NCBI GenBank assembly: GCA_000004695.1
Contig: CM000151.3
Coordinates: forward strand, 7,776,001 to 7,840,000
Direction of reading: 5' to 3'
Length of the DNA stretch: 64,000 nucleotides
From: Dictyostelium discoideum
Taxonomy: Eukaryota
Below the pieces are notes generated by a model. That model searched no databases. It worked only from the letters and a program-made list of their open reading frames with translations, and had not been told where the DNA came from. Shown here one piece after another: positions 30,204-46,405 of the stretch. The translations under genes and the position numbers were made by a program. The stretch's first letter is position 1, and every line of letters starts with the position of its first letter.

Positions 30204-32472
30204 ATGAGATTACAAATATTATTAATATACTTAATATGTATAATAGTATCAAGTATAGTTTTAGTAGAGTCAAGTAATAAACATCATTTCAAAGAAAATG
30301 ATGAAGTACCATTCTATGTAAATAATGTTGGACCATATTCAAATCCAACAGAAACCTATGAATTTTATACATTGCCATTTTGTAAACCCTCAAGTATCTC
30401 TTATAAAAAAACCAAATTAGGTGAAATTCTTCAAGGTGATTCAGCTGTTTTATCAGATTATCAATTTCCATTCAAAAGTATGTTTTTTATTTAATAATTT
30501 TTTTATTTTCATTATTTTTATTATTTTAAAACATATTATTAACAAAAAAGAAAAAAAACCTTTTTTTTATTTTTTTATTTTTTTTTTATTAATTAATTAA
30601 TTATTATTTATAGGTAGTTTTGAAAATAAACAACTTTGTGAATATACATTAAAGAAAGAGGATATAGAAAAGTTTAAAAAAGCTATTGGCGAATATTATT
30701 ATGCAGAGATGATTTATGATGATTTACCAATTTTTAGTTTTGTCGGTACTGTTGATGATTCAGATCTAACAAATATTAGATATTACTTATATAATCATAT
30801 TCCATTTGAATTTGATTATAATGGTGATCAAGTAAGTTATTCAAAATAGTTCTTGTGAAAGATATATTAAACATGAAAAGGTTGTACAACCTTTCACAAT
30901 TCGAATATATTTATTAATAGATAAAAAAAACAAAAAACAAAATCTTATAGGTTATTAGAGTTAATATCGATACAGAACATATTAAAGTTATTGAACTCTC
31001 AGATCAAGACGAAATTACTCTCAAATTAACGTATTCAGCAAAATGGCAACCAACCGAACATGAATTTTCAAAGAGAATGGACTTGTACGAAGAATTTTTC
31101 ACAAAGGAATTAGAGATTCATTGGTTATCCGTTATGAACTCTTTCTTTTTAGTTGTATTATTAACTGCATTTTTAGCAATTATGATAATGAAAATTTTAA
31201 AGAATGATTATTCAAGATATTCAAAAACTGATGAAGAAGAAGATTCTGATTGTATGTATTTTGATATTATGGTATTAGTATTATTAGTAATAATAGTAGT
31301 AATGGTAATAGTAATAGTGATAATAGTATTAGTAGTATTGGTAGTAGTAGTAGTAGTAGTAGTAGTGATATTAGTGGTGGTATTAATAGTAACAGTACCT
31401 TATTATTATTATTTTTCTTTATCATTTATTTATTAAAATATCTAATCAAATCAAAATTTTATTATTTTTATTTTTATTTTTTTTATAAATTATAATAATA
31501 GATCAAGAAGATTATGGATGGAAATTAGTTCATGGTGATGTATTTAGATTCCCACCATATAAGAATGTATTTTCAGCATTTTATGGTATTGGTTGGCAAT
31601 TTATTAGTATTGTTTGTGGTATTTTAGCATTATCATTATTTGGTATGTTTTATCCAAACAATGGTGGTAATATGTATACGGCAGGTATTGTTTTATATGC
31701 ATTAACTAGTGGTATCTCTGGTTATCAATCAGCTAAAATGTACAAGAATATGGGAGGTAATAAATGGGCATGGAATATTGTGCTAACAGCAACCCTATTT
31801 GTAGCACCATTATTTATTGTGGTTATTCTTTCAAACACTGTAGCGATTACATGGCATTCAACCGTCGCATTACCAATCCTAACAATGATTGAAGTCATTA
31901 CCATTTGGTTATTTGTTGGTTTCCCTTTGACCGTCGTTGGTGGTATCGCAGGTCGTAGATTATCAGAAAACTTTGAAGCACCATGTCGTACAAAGAATTT
32001 CCCAAGAGAAGTCCCACCAATTCAATGGTATCGTCGTTTACCATGTCAAATTTTAATCGCTGGTTTCTTACCATTTAGTGCCATTTACATAGAGTTGTTT
32101 TACATTTTCAATAGCGTTTGGGGCCATTCTACCTACACGCTCTATGGTATCCTTTGTTTGGTCTTTTTAATTCTTATCAATGTCACCGTGTGTATCACCG
32201 TTGCCCTAACTTACTTCCAACTCTCAATGGAAGATCATAAATGGTGGTGGAATAGTTTCATCAATGGCGGCTCCACTGTTGTTTTCATCTACATGTACAG
32301 TATCTACTACTACTATTATATCTCTCATATGTATGGTTTACTTCAAGCAACTTTCTACTTTACCTACATGTTGATCGTTTGCTTCTTCTTCTTTATTCTT
32401 TTAGGTACAGTTGGTTTCTACAGTTCTTTAATTTTTGTTAAAAGAATTTATAGAAATTTGAAATCTGACTAA
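30204..32472 (+). CDS. Transmembrane 9 superfamily protein (nonaspanin, Phg1-like); join(30204..30477,30614..30831,30951..31251,31502..32472)
   Basis: Signal peptide; 'VNNVGPYSNPTETYEFYTLPFCKP' (TM9SF N-domain), 'DYGWKLVHGDVFRFP', nine hydrophobic spans, C-terminal 'FVKRIYRNLKSD'; GTATGT/GTAAGT donors. Intron 3 (31252..31501) contains a (GTA)n/(AGT)n repeat. Confidence 0.9.
30877..30894. repeat. 18-bp perfect palindrome AAAGGTTGTACAACCTTT (extendable to imperfect arms TTGTGAAAG...CTTTCACAA) in Phg1-like intron 2
   Basis: Self-complementary sequence seen directly; the local GC content is clearly above the surrounding intron. Confidence 0.8.
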
Positions 32473-32699
32473 AATCAAAAAAAAAAAAAAAAAACAAAAA
32501 AATTAAAATAATAAATAAAAAAAAAAAAATTATATTAAAAATAATATCTTAACAATATTGGAAATGGTAAAAGCTTTAAAGTTATTGGAAAAAAAAAAAA
32601 AAAAAAGGTAAAAAGTTTGAAGTTCTAATTTTTTAAATTTTTATTTCTTTTTTAAAAAAAGTTAAATTTTTTTTTTTTTTTTTTGATTTTGTTTTTGTT

Positions 32700-34861
<2,162 letters not shown>

Positions 34862-35633
34862 TTGTTGATTGTATGAATTGTAATTATCCTAAAAAGTGAA
34901 ATAGTAAAAAAAAAAAACAAAATAAAAATAAAAAAAAAAAATCAAGAAATAATCAAAAAAAGAAAAAAAAAGAAAAAAAAAAAAAAATTTGTTATATCAA
35001 TTATGTTCATACAAATTATAAAATTAAAAATTATTTGTAAAAGTAAAAGTAAAAAAAAAAAAATGAGAAAAAAAAAAAGTCTAATAAGTATAATGTTCCA
35101 ATAATCCTATTTCGTCAATGTCCAATAATCTAAAAATTCTATAAATTTTTAAGTAAATAATTAATCTATACCATTTTTTTTTATGTCTTTTTTTTTTTTT
35201 TTTTTTTCTATCTATCTATATTTTCTTTTGTTTCTTTTCTAATTCTTTTTTTTTTTTTTTTTTATAATTTTTTAAAAATTTTGGTCAATATCTATTTTTC
35301 TTTTTCTTTTTTTTTGTTTCTTTTCAAATTCTATTTTTTTTTTTTATAATTTTTTAAATTTGGTAATACTTCTTCTCTCTTTTCTTTCCACTAATCTACC
35401 TAATAATTTATTTATCTATTTTATATAAATATATTATTATCTTTTCCTTTAATTTTTATTTTTTTTTTATTTTTTTTTTTCCTGGCCCGAAAAAAAAAAA
35501 ACAAACAAAATCAATTATATATATAATATTATAAATAACGGTTAGACACTCGTTGGTTAGGAAAAAATAAATAACAAAATATAAAAAATAAAAAATTTGA
35601 AAAATTAAAAAAAAAAAAAAAAAAAAAAAAATG

Positions 35634-35665
<32 letters not shown>

Positions 35666-36315
35666 AAAATAAAAATATTGGTAACTTTTTTTTTAAAACT
35701 GAAAAAAAGTTTATCAGATTTGAAGATTAAACTTTAAAACAATTATATAATTTTTAAAAATTAAAGTCCAAAAAAAAAAAAAAGAAAAAAAAAAAAAAAA
35801 AAAACTTTATTTGGTAATTGATGTGACAAACAATTTTTTTTTTTGGAATTGTTTTTTATTACCTTTTTATAAATTAATTTTTTAAGAATTAAAATAAAAA
35901 TATTTAATGGATAAATTAAAGTTGGATGAAGAATTAAATTTTTGTTGTTGATTTTCTTAATTTTTAATAAAACCATCATTACTATAACCTTAAAAATTTA
36001 ATTTAAATTTAAATCATTGTACAAACCTTAATATAATTTAGTTTTAATTTTTCCACTGCAAGACAAGATATAACACCATTTGATTAATCCTTCTGTTCTA
36101 CAATTAGTTAGGCCATATTGTTGTAATAAAGAAAAAAATAATTTTTAATCCTTACATAAAAAAAAATTAGTGAATTTATTGTTTGGAAAAAAAAAAAAAA
36201 AAATAAAAATAAAATAAGAAAAAAAAAAAAAAAGGTTATTACTACACATAAATGTTATTTTATTTTTTTGGTTTAATTTTATTTTAATGTTACTTTTTTT
36301 TTTTGTAGGATTTTG

Positions 36316-36352
<37 letters not shown>

Positions 36353-36656
36353 GGAAATCTATATAGATATTGTTTTTTTTTTTTTTTGGAATTTTTTTTT
36401 TAAATTATCTTTTTTCCATTTGGTGAAAATGTTGAAAAAAAGTATGACATCTTGGTTGGTGTTTTTGTTTTTTTTTTTTTTTTGGGGTTGTAATTGTTTA
36501 TAATATTATACAAGGACAATTAATTGTTGGAAAGATACTGGGGAAAACGACATAATTAATGGTTGTGTGAGAAGTTGCGTGTGTTGTTGATGTGAATTTT
36601 AAATGAGTGAGGTGAAATTTGATAGTATTGTTGATATTATTTTTGTTATTTTTATA

Positions 36657-36688
<32 letters not shown>

Positions 36689-36707
36689 GTTAATATTATT
36701 AAAAAAT

Positions 36708-38292
36708 TTAAGCCCAAATCTTGAGGAGAGAATCCCAACTACCTGTACATAAAGCCATACCATCGGTTGGTACACCAAGACAAGATACACGATTACCGTG
36801 ACCAGTTAAAGAGAGAACACGTTCACCCTTTAATGTATCCCAAACGTTGCAAGTGAAATCATCGTAACCAGCAAATAAGAAACGACCTGAAAATGAAAAA
36901 CCAACGGATGTAATACCACATAAAATGTTGTCGTGGGTGTATTGCATTAATTCACGATCGGCACGAATATCAAATAATCTACATGAAGCATCATCAGAAC
37001 CAGTACCAAATGATAAACCATTTGGGAAATATCTAAATTAATTTTGATGAAAAAAAAAAAAAAATAATAATAATGAAGATATTAGAAATCAAACTTGATT
37101 TAATTTTATCTATAAATAGTTTTGTTTTTACTTACTGAACTGCATTAATATCAGCTTCGTGACCAGTGAAAGTTTGAACACATTTACCACTACGTAAATC
37201 CCATAATTTGGCGGTAGCATCACAAGCACCACTGATGAAATAGTTTTTATCTGGTGAAACACTGACACTCATGACATCACCGTTGTGGTCAGAGAATTCT
37301 GTGATCTTTGTACCATTTTCAACATCCCATAAAATACATGTCATATCACCACTTGAAGTAACAATTTGTCTATCATTGAGGAATCTACAACATGAGAGAT
37401 AACCAGTGTGAGAGTTTAATTCACGGCATACTCTAATTGGTTGTTCTCTACTACGTAAATTATAAATGGAACAAATGTTATCCAAACCACCACAAGCAAC
37501 AAAGTTAGCAGTTGGTGAATAAGCACATGTCATAACCCATGATGATCTATAAATAATTAATAATAATAATAACAACAAAATAAAGTTAGTATCTTAATTA
37601 TAAAAAATAAATTAATCTTGATCGCCAACCATAAAAATTCCTTCGTAAAAAAAAAAATCCCAACCGACACGATTTTCTTTTTTGAAAAAAAAAAAAAACT
37701 TTTTTTTTTTTAGAAAATAAAAAAAAAAAAGTTCCACATAAAAAAAAAAAAAAAAATCTTTGGTATTTGCTGGTATTGAGAAAAGTAATGGAATTAATCA
37801 ATTGAGGTTTTTTTTTTTTCTTTTTGTTTCCTATTATTTCTTGATATTATTAATTATTTCTTGATATTATTAATATTTCTTTTTTTTTTTTCCTATTTGT
37901 TTGGTTTTGATTTTTCTTTTTTTTTTTTTTTTTTTTTTCTATTTGGTTGGTTTTTTAAAAAAAAAACAAAGGAATTTGAAGTGATTGATGATCTGTGCTA
38001 TAATTTTTTATTTCTTTTTAAAAAAAAAATCTTACCTTAATGGAATAGCGTGGACTTTGTTGGTAGTTAAACCATCCCAAACTAATAATTTACCATCTTG
38101 AGAGGCAGAAACTAAATGAACATTATCTTCAGCCCAATGCATAGCATAGATTTTAGCAAGATGACCCTTAAGGTTTCTTCTAACTTTAATTTTACCTTCC
38201 ATCTTTGGAAGACCTGGTAAATCACGAGTAAAAGTTTTGACTGAAATATGATAATAATAATTATTATAATAAATGTTAGTTTTTTTTCTTTT

Positions 38293-38340
<48 letters not shown>

Positions 38341-38477
38341 GAGTTTAACATTATTTATTTATTTAAATACATACGAGTAGTATCATTCATTACATCTCTG
38401 TTTGCTCTAATTTGTTCTTTCATTGATTCAGCATCTCTTCTTGCTTGTTGAATTTTTTCTGAAATATCTGATGACAT
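36708..38477 (-). CDS. gpbA: Heterotrimeric G-protein beta subunit; complement(join(36708..37032,37136..37546,38036..38240,38375..38477))
   Basis: '[34 protein letters not shown]|LKTFTRD...[11 protein letters not shown]...[14 protein letters not shown]...[12 protein letters not shown]...[73 protein letters not shown]', colinear with Gbeta (seven WD repeats); GTATGT/GTAAGA/GTAAGT donors in phase. Confidence 0.95.
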
Positions 38478-38687
38478 TTTTTATATATTTTTTTTTTAAA
38501 TCTATTTATATATTATAGTTGTTTAGCTAAAGTTGATATTAAATAATAAAAAGTAATTTTGATTAGAACTTATAAGTTTATAAATATAAATGTTTTTTGA
38601 AAAAAAAAAAAAAAAATAAAAAAAAAATTAAATAAAAAAAAAAAATAAAAAAAAAAAATAAAAATAAATGAAAAAAAAAAATTTTAG

Positions 38688-38718
<31 letters not shown>

Positions 38719-38727
38719 GAGAGAGAG

Positions 38728-38760
<33 letters not shown>

Positions 38761-39284
38761 ACTTACTAAAATTACAGGTGATTTAATTGATTGATTGATT
38801 TGAAAAAAAAAAAAAAAAAGAAAGAGAAATAAAAAAAAAAAATTATATAGTACAACTATTCTCTTTTTGTGTGGTTGATTTGGTAAAATGAAAAAAATAT
38901 GGGGAAAAAAAAAAAAAATAAGTTAAAAAATTTTGAAAAAAATAAAAAAAAAAAAAAATAAAAAAAAAAAAAAAAAAATAAAAAAGTTAAAAAATAAAAA
39001 TAATAAAAAAAAAAAAAAAAAAAGTTGGGTGTGTGTTTGTTTAAAATTGAGTGTGGGTTGAATTGAATCAAGATATAATTAGGGGGCTATTATTATATTT
39101 TTTTTATTAAAAATTTTTTTATTAAAATTTTTTTTTAAAATAAAAATAACACTAAAAATAAAACTAAAAAAAAAAAAATAAAGTTTTTTTTTACAATCGT
39201 GTTATATGTTTAATAAGTGAATTAAAGTTGTAATAATAAAAAAAATAAAATAAAACTATTTTTATTTTTTTTTTAATTTTTTTT

Positions 39285-39332
<48 letters not shown>

Positions 39333-39611
39333 GATAAAAATATATAAATAAAAAACATGAGAAAAAGAAAAAAATAAAAAATAACGGTTCTATTTTTGAA
39401 TGTGTGAAGCAGAACTCACTTTTTATTAATTTTAAAATTCGGTTATTATTATTTTTATTATTATTATTTTATTATTCTAAATAATTATATATACTAGTAA
39501 TAATTTAATAATTTGTGTGATAATATTTATATATAAATACAATGTTATGGTGTGCTTTTGGGTGGGAAATAATTTGAAAAAAAAGAAAAAAAAAAAAAAA
39601 AAAAAAAAATC

Positions 39612-39643
<32 letters not shown>

Positions 39644-40428
39644 TTTTGTGCAGGAAATTTTTTGAAAAAAAAAAAAAAAAAAAAAAAAAAAATAAAAAAC
39701 CGTTTTTTGATTGTCATATAAATTTGGAAACTTGGAAAGAGAAATTCTATTTTTTTTTTTTTTTTTAGATTTTTTCCATTTTTTCAAATGTTTTTCTTTG
39801 TTTAAAAATATTTTTTAAGATTTTTTTTTTTTTTTTTTTTTATATTAGATAATTAAAAATAAAAATAATAATATAAACATTGATTAAATAAATTTTCATT
39901 ATTTTTTATTTTTTATATTATTTTTTTTTCCAACCACATGTTAATATAAATAGCAACAACCGCAAATTTACGATTTTTAGATTTTTTTTTTTTTTTTCAA
40001 TTTTTATTATTTTTTTTTTTAATTTTTTTTTTTACAGATCAATTAGCTTGATTTTAAATAAAGATTTGCTTCAGGTTTTTTAACCATGCGACTGATCATT
40101 TGCAAAAAATTCTAAAGACGAAAAAATAATAATAAAAAACAATTATAAATAAAAAGGTATAAGTTTCAAATTTAAATCCAATTTCCAATTTTTTATTTGC
40201 TGATTTAAAATCTTAAAAAAAAAAAAAAAAAAAAATACCTAAAATAAAATATAAAATAAAAAATAAAAAATAAAAAACTATTTTAATTAATATTGCCAAC
40301 CATTTTTAATTATTTATTTATTTTTTTTAATTTTTTTTAATTTTTTTTAATTTTTTTTTTAATTTTTTTTATTATTTTTAAATTTTTTTTTTATTTTATT
40401 TTATTTTATTTTTTTATTTTTTTTTTTA

Positions 40429-41535
40429 ATGTTTAAAATAAAACAAACATTGAAATTTATTCCCAATTTCAATAAGAACATAAAAATGACAACACCAATT
40501 GTAACAAGAAATAGATCATCTATTATTTCATCACCTTATTTTTCGACATCAACAAAACTGACAACAGTAACAACTACAATAAAAGATAAAAATGATGAAA
40601 CACCAAAAAAAATAATAAAAAGAGAACAAATTAAAATAGAATATGAAGAAAAAGAAGAGGAACTAGAAGAAAAAGGAGATAAAAAAAGACAAAGAAATAA
40701 AAAAGAGAAAAAAATAAAAAATGATATCAAAAAGGAAGAAGAAGAAGAAAAAGAGGAAGAAGAAGAAGAAAAAGTAATTGAAGATATTAAAATTAAAACA
40801 CATATTAATGGTATATCATTAGCAAAAATTCATTGGAAAGAAGTTTGGGATAAAATTAAAATAATGAGAAGTGAAAATTTGGCACCAGTTGATACATTGG
40901 GAGCGGAATCATTTAATCAAGATAATATTGAACCAATTGAAAAGAGATTTCATATATTAGTTGGCTGTTTATTATCATCACAAACCAAGGATGCGATTAC
41001 CCATGCAGCAGTAGTAAGATTAAAAGAGTATGGATTAACAGTTGATAAAATGTTAACAATTGATACCAATGAATTGGAGACACTATTATATCCGGTTGGA
41101 TTCTATAAAAGAAAAGCGATTTACCTTAAAAAGATTGCAGAGATTTTAAAGAATAAATACAATGGTGATATACCACCAACATTCAAAGAGATTGAACAAT
41201 TACCAGGTATTGGACCAAAAATGACCAATTTAATAGTTCAAATAGCTTGGGGTAGAGTTGAAGGTATAGCCGTTGATGTTCATATGCATAGAATTTCAAA
41301 TAGATTAGGTTGGGTCAAAACTAAAACTCCTGAAGAGACAATGAAGGACTTGGAATCTTGGTTACCAAAAGAAAATTGGGCTACTGTCAATCATCTATTA
41401 GTTGGTTTCGGTCAAACTATTTGTTCACCTGTAAATCCAAAATGTTCAAATTGTTTAGTAAATAATTTATGTCCTGTTGGAATAATTGAAATGAATTCTT
41501 CAAAAAAGAAAATAAAAAAGAAAATAAAAAAGTAA
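40429..41535 (+). CDS. Endonuclease III-like DNA glycosylase (Nth; HhH-GPD with 4Fe-4S loop), single exon, K/E-rich N-terminal extension
   Basis: 'FHILVGCLLSSQTKD' (HhH-GPD), 'LPGIGPKMTNLIV' helix-hairpin-helix, catalytic region 'VDVHMHRISNRLGW', Fe-S ligands 'CSPVNPKCSNCLVNNLC'. Confidence 0.85.
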   Translation: MFKIKQTLKFIPNFNKNIKMTTPIVTRNRSSIISSPYFSTSTKLTTVTTTIKDKNDETPKKIIKREQIKIEYEEKEEELEEKGDKKRQRNKKEKKIKNDIKKEEEEEKEEEEEEKVIEDIKIKTHINGISLAKIHWKEVWDKIKIMRSENLAPVDTLGAESFNQDNIEPIEKRFHILVGCLLSSQTKDAITHAAVVRLKEYGLTVDKMLTIDTNELETLLYPVGFYKRKAIYLKKIAEILKNKYNGDIPPTFKEIEQLPGIGPKMTNLIVQIAWGRVEGIAVDVHMHRISNRLGWVKTKTPEETMKDLESWLPKENWATVNHLLVGFGQTICSPVNPKCSNCLVNNLCPVGIIEMNSSKKKIKKKIKK

Positions 41536-41717
41536 ATTTAATAAAAGAAGAAAAAAGTAAAAAAAAGAAAATAATGTTTTAATTTGATGTTTTTAAAAAA
41601 TTATAATTTATTTATAAAGGTTCAAAGAAAAAAAAAAAAAAAAAAAAAGGTTTTTTTGATTTTCTATTTTTTTTTTTTTTTTTTTTTTTTGTTGAGATTC
41701 TTGGGTTCTTGAATATA

Positions 41718-41754
<37 letters not shown>

Positions 41755-41926
41755 CTTTTTTTTTTTTTTTATTATTATTATTATTAATTTAAATTTTTAC
41801 AAAGGATTTAAAGATATAATTTGATTTAGATGAACAAAAAATTCTTGGTTTTGAGGAAAAATCATTAAAGAAATTGAAATGAAAAAATTCCGATCTCGAA
41901 ATGATTGAAAAGTGATAGTTTGTTGG

Positions 41927-42775
41927 CTAAAAATAAGTTGAGACAGCAGTTGATCTTGCTCCATAAGTAAGATCTCTTAAATTACCAAATGGATAGATAT
42001 CACTGCCTTGTTGAGTGTTGATATTTCTGTTGTTGTTTTGAATTGAATTTAATAATAAATCAACGATATTTGAGTGATTATTTGATTTCGCTTCAGCTAA
42101 TGGGCTAACACCACTTTCATCTAAAAGTTGACAGTCAGCGCCATAGGATAAAAGTAATTTTGAGGATTCAAAATCACCAAGACAGGCTGATAAATGTAAG
42201 AGAGATTCACCATCTTCATTGAAAGAGTTGGCATTGGCACCTTTTGACAAGAGGTAACTGAGGATTTGAGGTTGGCATTCACGAATGGCATAATGGGAGG
42301 GTGAGTCACCCTCTTCATCTTGAGAGTTTAAGTTTGCACCATTCTGGACTAAAAGTTGAACCAAATCCATTGAACCAATAGAAACTGCTTTGTGGAGTGG
42401 TGTCGATTCTGTTAAATCGCCTAAATTCAAATTAGCACCTTTGAAAATTAAATATTTAACGTATGGAATGTTTTGTTTTAGGATTGCCAATTGTAATAGT
42501 GTTACACCTTCTTGATTTTGTGTGTTTATGGATATGCCTTGATTCAATATATTATCTATGGATTGATAATCTTGTAAAAGGAAGAATTGAATGATGATAT
42601 CCATAATCTTGAAAGATTCTACTACAAAACTCTTACCACTTCCACTTCCACTAACAACTCCATCCATTGGAGTTGAAAGTGTAGTTCCATTGTGTTGTTG
42701 TTGTTGTTCTGCTACTACTACGCTTGGTGGTTTGTTATTACTTAATGAATTATTATTGTTGGCTGAGGAAAACAT
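41927..42775 (-). CDS. Ankyrin-repeat protein
   Basis: Four or five ANK repeats: 'GVTLLQLAILKQNIPYVKYLIFKGANLN', 'STPLHKAVSIGSMDLVQLLVQNGANLN', 'GDSPSHYAIRECQPQILSYLLSKGANAN', 'GESLLHLSACLGDFESSKLLLSYGADCQ', 'GVSPLAEAKSNNHSNIVDLLL'. Confidence 0.75.
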   Translation of the reverse strand: MFSSANNNNSLSNNKPPSVVVAEQQQQHNGTTLSTPMDGVVSGSGSGKSFVVESFKIMDIIIQFFLLQDYQSIDNILNQGISINTQNQEGVTLLQLAILKQNIPYVKYLIFKGANLNLGDLTESTPLHKAVSIGSMDLVQLLVQNGANLNSQDEEGDSPSHYAIRECQPQILSYLLSKGANANSFNEDGESLLHLSACLGDFESSKLLLSYGADCQLLDESGVSPLAEAKSNNHSNIVDLLLNSIQNNNRNINTQQGSDIYPFGNLRDLTYGARSTAVSTYF

Positions 42776-44428
42776 TCTGTTGTATTGAGTGATTAGGGTG
42801 GGTATATTACTACTTGAAATTTAAATGAGACAAATGAAAAAATTAAATGTTAGGTTATTGGCTTGAAAAAATTGATATCCGTTCTAAAAAGGTGATGTGT
42901 GACTATTGATTTAATTTGTGAAAGTTTTAAACTACTTGTAGAGCTTTAACTAAATTTACTAAAAAAAATAATAATAATAGACCAATTGTACTAAATTATT
43001 ATTATTTCTTAATTACTAAATTTAAATTAAAACCTAAAAGCCAACTTTTTTTTTTTTTTAAAAAAAGTTTTTTTTTTAATAATATAGGTTTTTAATGATT
43101 AATGATAAAAAGAAAATTTCTTATTGTTTTTTTTTTGTTTTTGGTTTTTTATATAATTTGAAAATTTTTTTATAGGACTTTCAAATAATATATATATAAA
43201 GAGAGGGAGATTTTAATTTAATATTGTGTGGGGAAAATAAGGATATTATAATTGTAGTTGATTAAAAATGTTAAAAAATGAATTATTTTGTTTTGTTTTG
43301 TTTTGTTTTTATAAAAAAGAATTTGAAAATTAATGTTTATGTAGAGTTATTTGTTAATGTTATGGTGGAAAATTTTTTTTTTTTTTAATATCTTGTGCGT
43401 TGGGAAATAAAAAAAATAAAAAATAAAAAAAAAAATTGTTCTAAAAAATTAAAAAATGAAAAAATGAAAAACGAAAAGTTGAGAAAGTTTTATGAAAAAT
43501 ATAAAGTTTTAATATATTATTATAATTATTGTTATTATTGTTGTTATTGAAAGGTTATTTTTTTTATTTGCTTTTATTTAATGGTAATGTTTATTTATTA
43601 TTTTTTTTTTTATTTATATAGTTTTTTTTTTTTTTTTTTTTTTCTTAATGTTTGTTTGTGTGTGTGTGTTTTTTTTTTTAAAAAAAGTTTTTTTTTTTTT
43701 TTTCTTTTTTAAAATTTTAAATTTTTTTTTTTTTATTTTTTTTTATTTTTTTTTTTTTTTGGTTTTTTCTCATATTTTGAAATTTGCCAGGCAATTCTTT
43801 TCAACAAATGTAATTAATTTTTTTTGTAATAACACAAGAAAACTGTTAAAGAACCAAAATTTTTTTTTGAGAATTGTTTTTTTTTTTTTTTTTTTTTAAA
43901 ATTTAATAATCGTAGTTTTATAAATAATTCCTTTTTTAATATTTTAACTTTTTTTTTACTTTTTTGAGATTTTATTATTTATTTATTATTTTTTTTTTTA
44001 TTTTTTTTTTTTTTATTTTATTTTTATTTTTTTTTTATTTTTTTTTACTATTTTTATTTTTTATTTGATCGTTTATTTATTTATTTATTATTATTTGGAT
44101 TTATTTTTTTTATTTTTTTTTTATTCATTCAATTTCCAAAAACATATGTTTATAATTAAAAAATAAAAAGAAAAAAAAGATTTTGAATAGTTTATTTTTA
44201 TTTAAAAAAAAAATTTTAAACTTTTTTTTTTTTTTTTTTCCTTTTTTGGAAAGTTTCCAAAAACAAAGATATTTACCTATGGGTCTTTTTTTTTCAAATG
44301 AGAATAAAATATAAATAATATTTAAAATTATTATTACTATTGAAATATATATAAAAGTTTTTTTTTATATACAATAATGATAGATAATTGTTATTTTTTT
44401 TTTCTTAACTTTTTTTTTTTTTTTTTTA

Positions 44429-44460
<32 letters not shown>

Positions 44461-45348
44461 AAAATTGTGGTAAGGAAAGTAGGTTGGATGGTGAAAAAAA
44501 TGGGAAAAGAAAAAGCTTCCCATTATACTTTGCCTAATTTTTTTTTTTTTTTACAGGATCCTACAATAATTATATTATATACTTTTTAAAATAACTTGGG
44601 AAAATTTTAAAAATAATTAGGTTATTTCTTTCTTTTTTTGTTTTTTTTTATTTTAATTTAATATAATTTTATTTAATTTAATTTAATTTTATTTTATTTA
44701 ATTTAATTTTATTTTATTTTATTTTTTTTTTATTTTATTTTTAATTTATTTTATTGGTTTTTTTTTTTTTTTAATTTTAATTTAAAAATCCAGATTTTAT
44801 TATGAAAAATGATATGGATCAAATTTTATAAGAATTAATTGACATTCAAATATTTGAATGGTATTAAAATTTGAAATAATTGGACTTTGGAAGAATTAAA
44901 AATTTCTGTTGCAAATCCCTTTAAAACTTGGAAATCAAAAAAAATAGAAAAAATCAAGAATTGATAATTAACAATTTAGATTTTTAAAAAATTTAAAAAA
45001 AAAAAAAAAATAAATTTAAATAAAATAAAATAAATTAATTATTAAACTATTATTGCTATTATTTTATTATTTTAAAATTAATAGTTTAAATATTTAAATG
45101 TGTAAAATTATTTTTATATAAACAATGATGTGTTAAATTTTATTTAATTTCTTTAAATAAAAAAATAAAATGGAAAATAATATATAAAAATAAAAAATTT
45201 AAAGAGAAAAAAAAAAAAAAAAGCCAATAAATGAAATAATAAATTTAGTTTGGAAAAAGAAATACAATTTTATTATTGATGGAAAAAAAAAAAAAAAGAA
45301 AAAAAATTAAAAAAGGATTATAGGTTTTATAAGGAAAAAAAAAAAAAA

Positions 45349-45509
45349 TTATTTGGATGGTTGGGTTTGTTGTTTGTGTTGTTGATTATCATTGTTGTTA
45401 TAATTTCTTCTGTTATTTTGGTTTTTATATCTATTAGTAGCATTATTGTCACCAATATTATTTTCGGGACTGGTATTATTATTATTACTATTATTCCTAT
45501 TATTACTAC

Positions 45510-45580
<71 letters not shown>

Positions 45581-46347
45581 CTATAGTTATTATTTCTATT
45601 GTTATAGTTTCTATGGGTTGATTTTATTTGTAAAGGTTCATTTTGTGAGGTTTGATTTTCAGTTTGTTGTTGTTGTTGTTGTAATTGTTGTTGTTGTAGT
45701 TCTAGTTGTTGTTGTTCAGCAGTTGAAATAATCTCTGTCCAATTTTGTGGTTTGCCCCAGACTGGTGGTTGGACAACAATGGGTTTTTCTTCAACTTCAG
45801 GGTTATCACCAGAAGTGTTGGTTGTGGTTGTTGTTGATGTAGTTGATGTTGTGGTAGTAGTTTGATTTGAAGCTTCAAACATTTCCAATTTATTTTGTTT
45901 TGGATGATTTGATGGAGGTAATGTCTATTTTTATCCAATTTTTGAATGTAAGTAAGAATAAAAAAAAAAAAAAAAAAACAAAATAAAAAAAAAAAATAAA
46001 ATAAAAAACTTACAGGAAAGTGTTTTTCGAGACCAATTAATCTCTGTTCTTCAAGTTCTTGTAATTCAATTTGTCTGAAAATCTCTTTTAATTCTTCATC
46101 AACTTCCTCTGGTTGTTGTTGTTCTTGTTGTTGTTCTTGTTGTTGTTGATCAACCAATTCATTTGTTGGAGAGGATGATGTTGATAATTGTCTCTCTGAT
46201 GCTGAAGATTCTATAGATTCATTTGAGTCTGTAGATAATAATAAATAATTTTTACCTCTTTTATCATTATTATTACTATTATTGTTATTATTATTAATAT
46301 TATTATTATTATTATTATTATTGTTATTCCTTCTTTTTCCACTTTGA

Positions 46348-46405
<58 letters not shown>

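Noticed and set aside
35470-35560. 'cctggcccg...ataacggttagacactcgttgg' GC-richer spot, and a second 'ataacggtt' at 39381, as a shared motif
   Set aside because: A two-copy 9-mer is about what chance predicts in 128 kb of both strands; no further structure.
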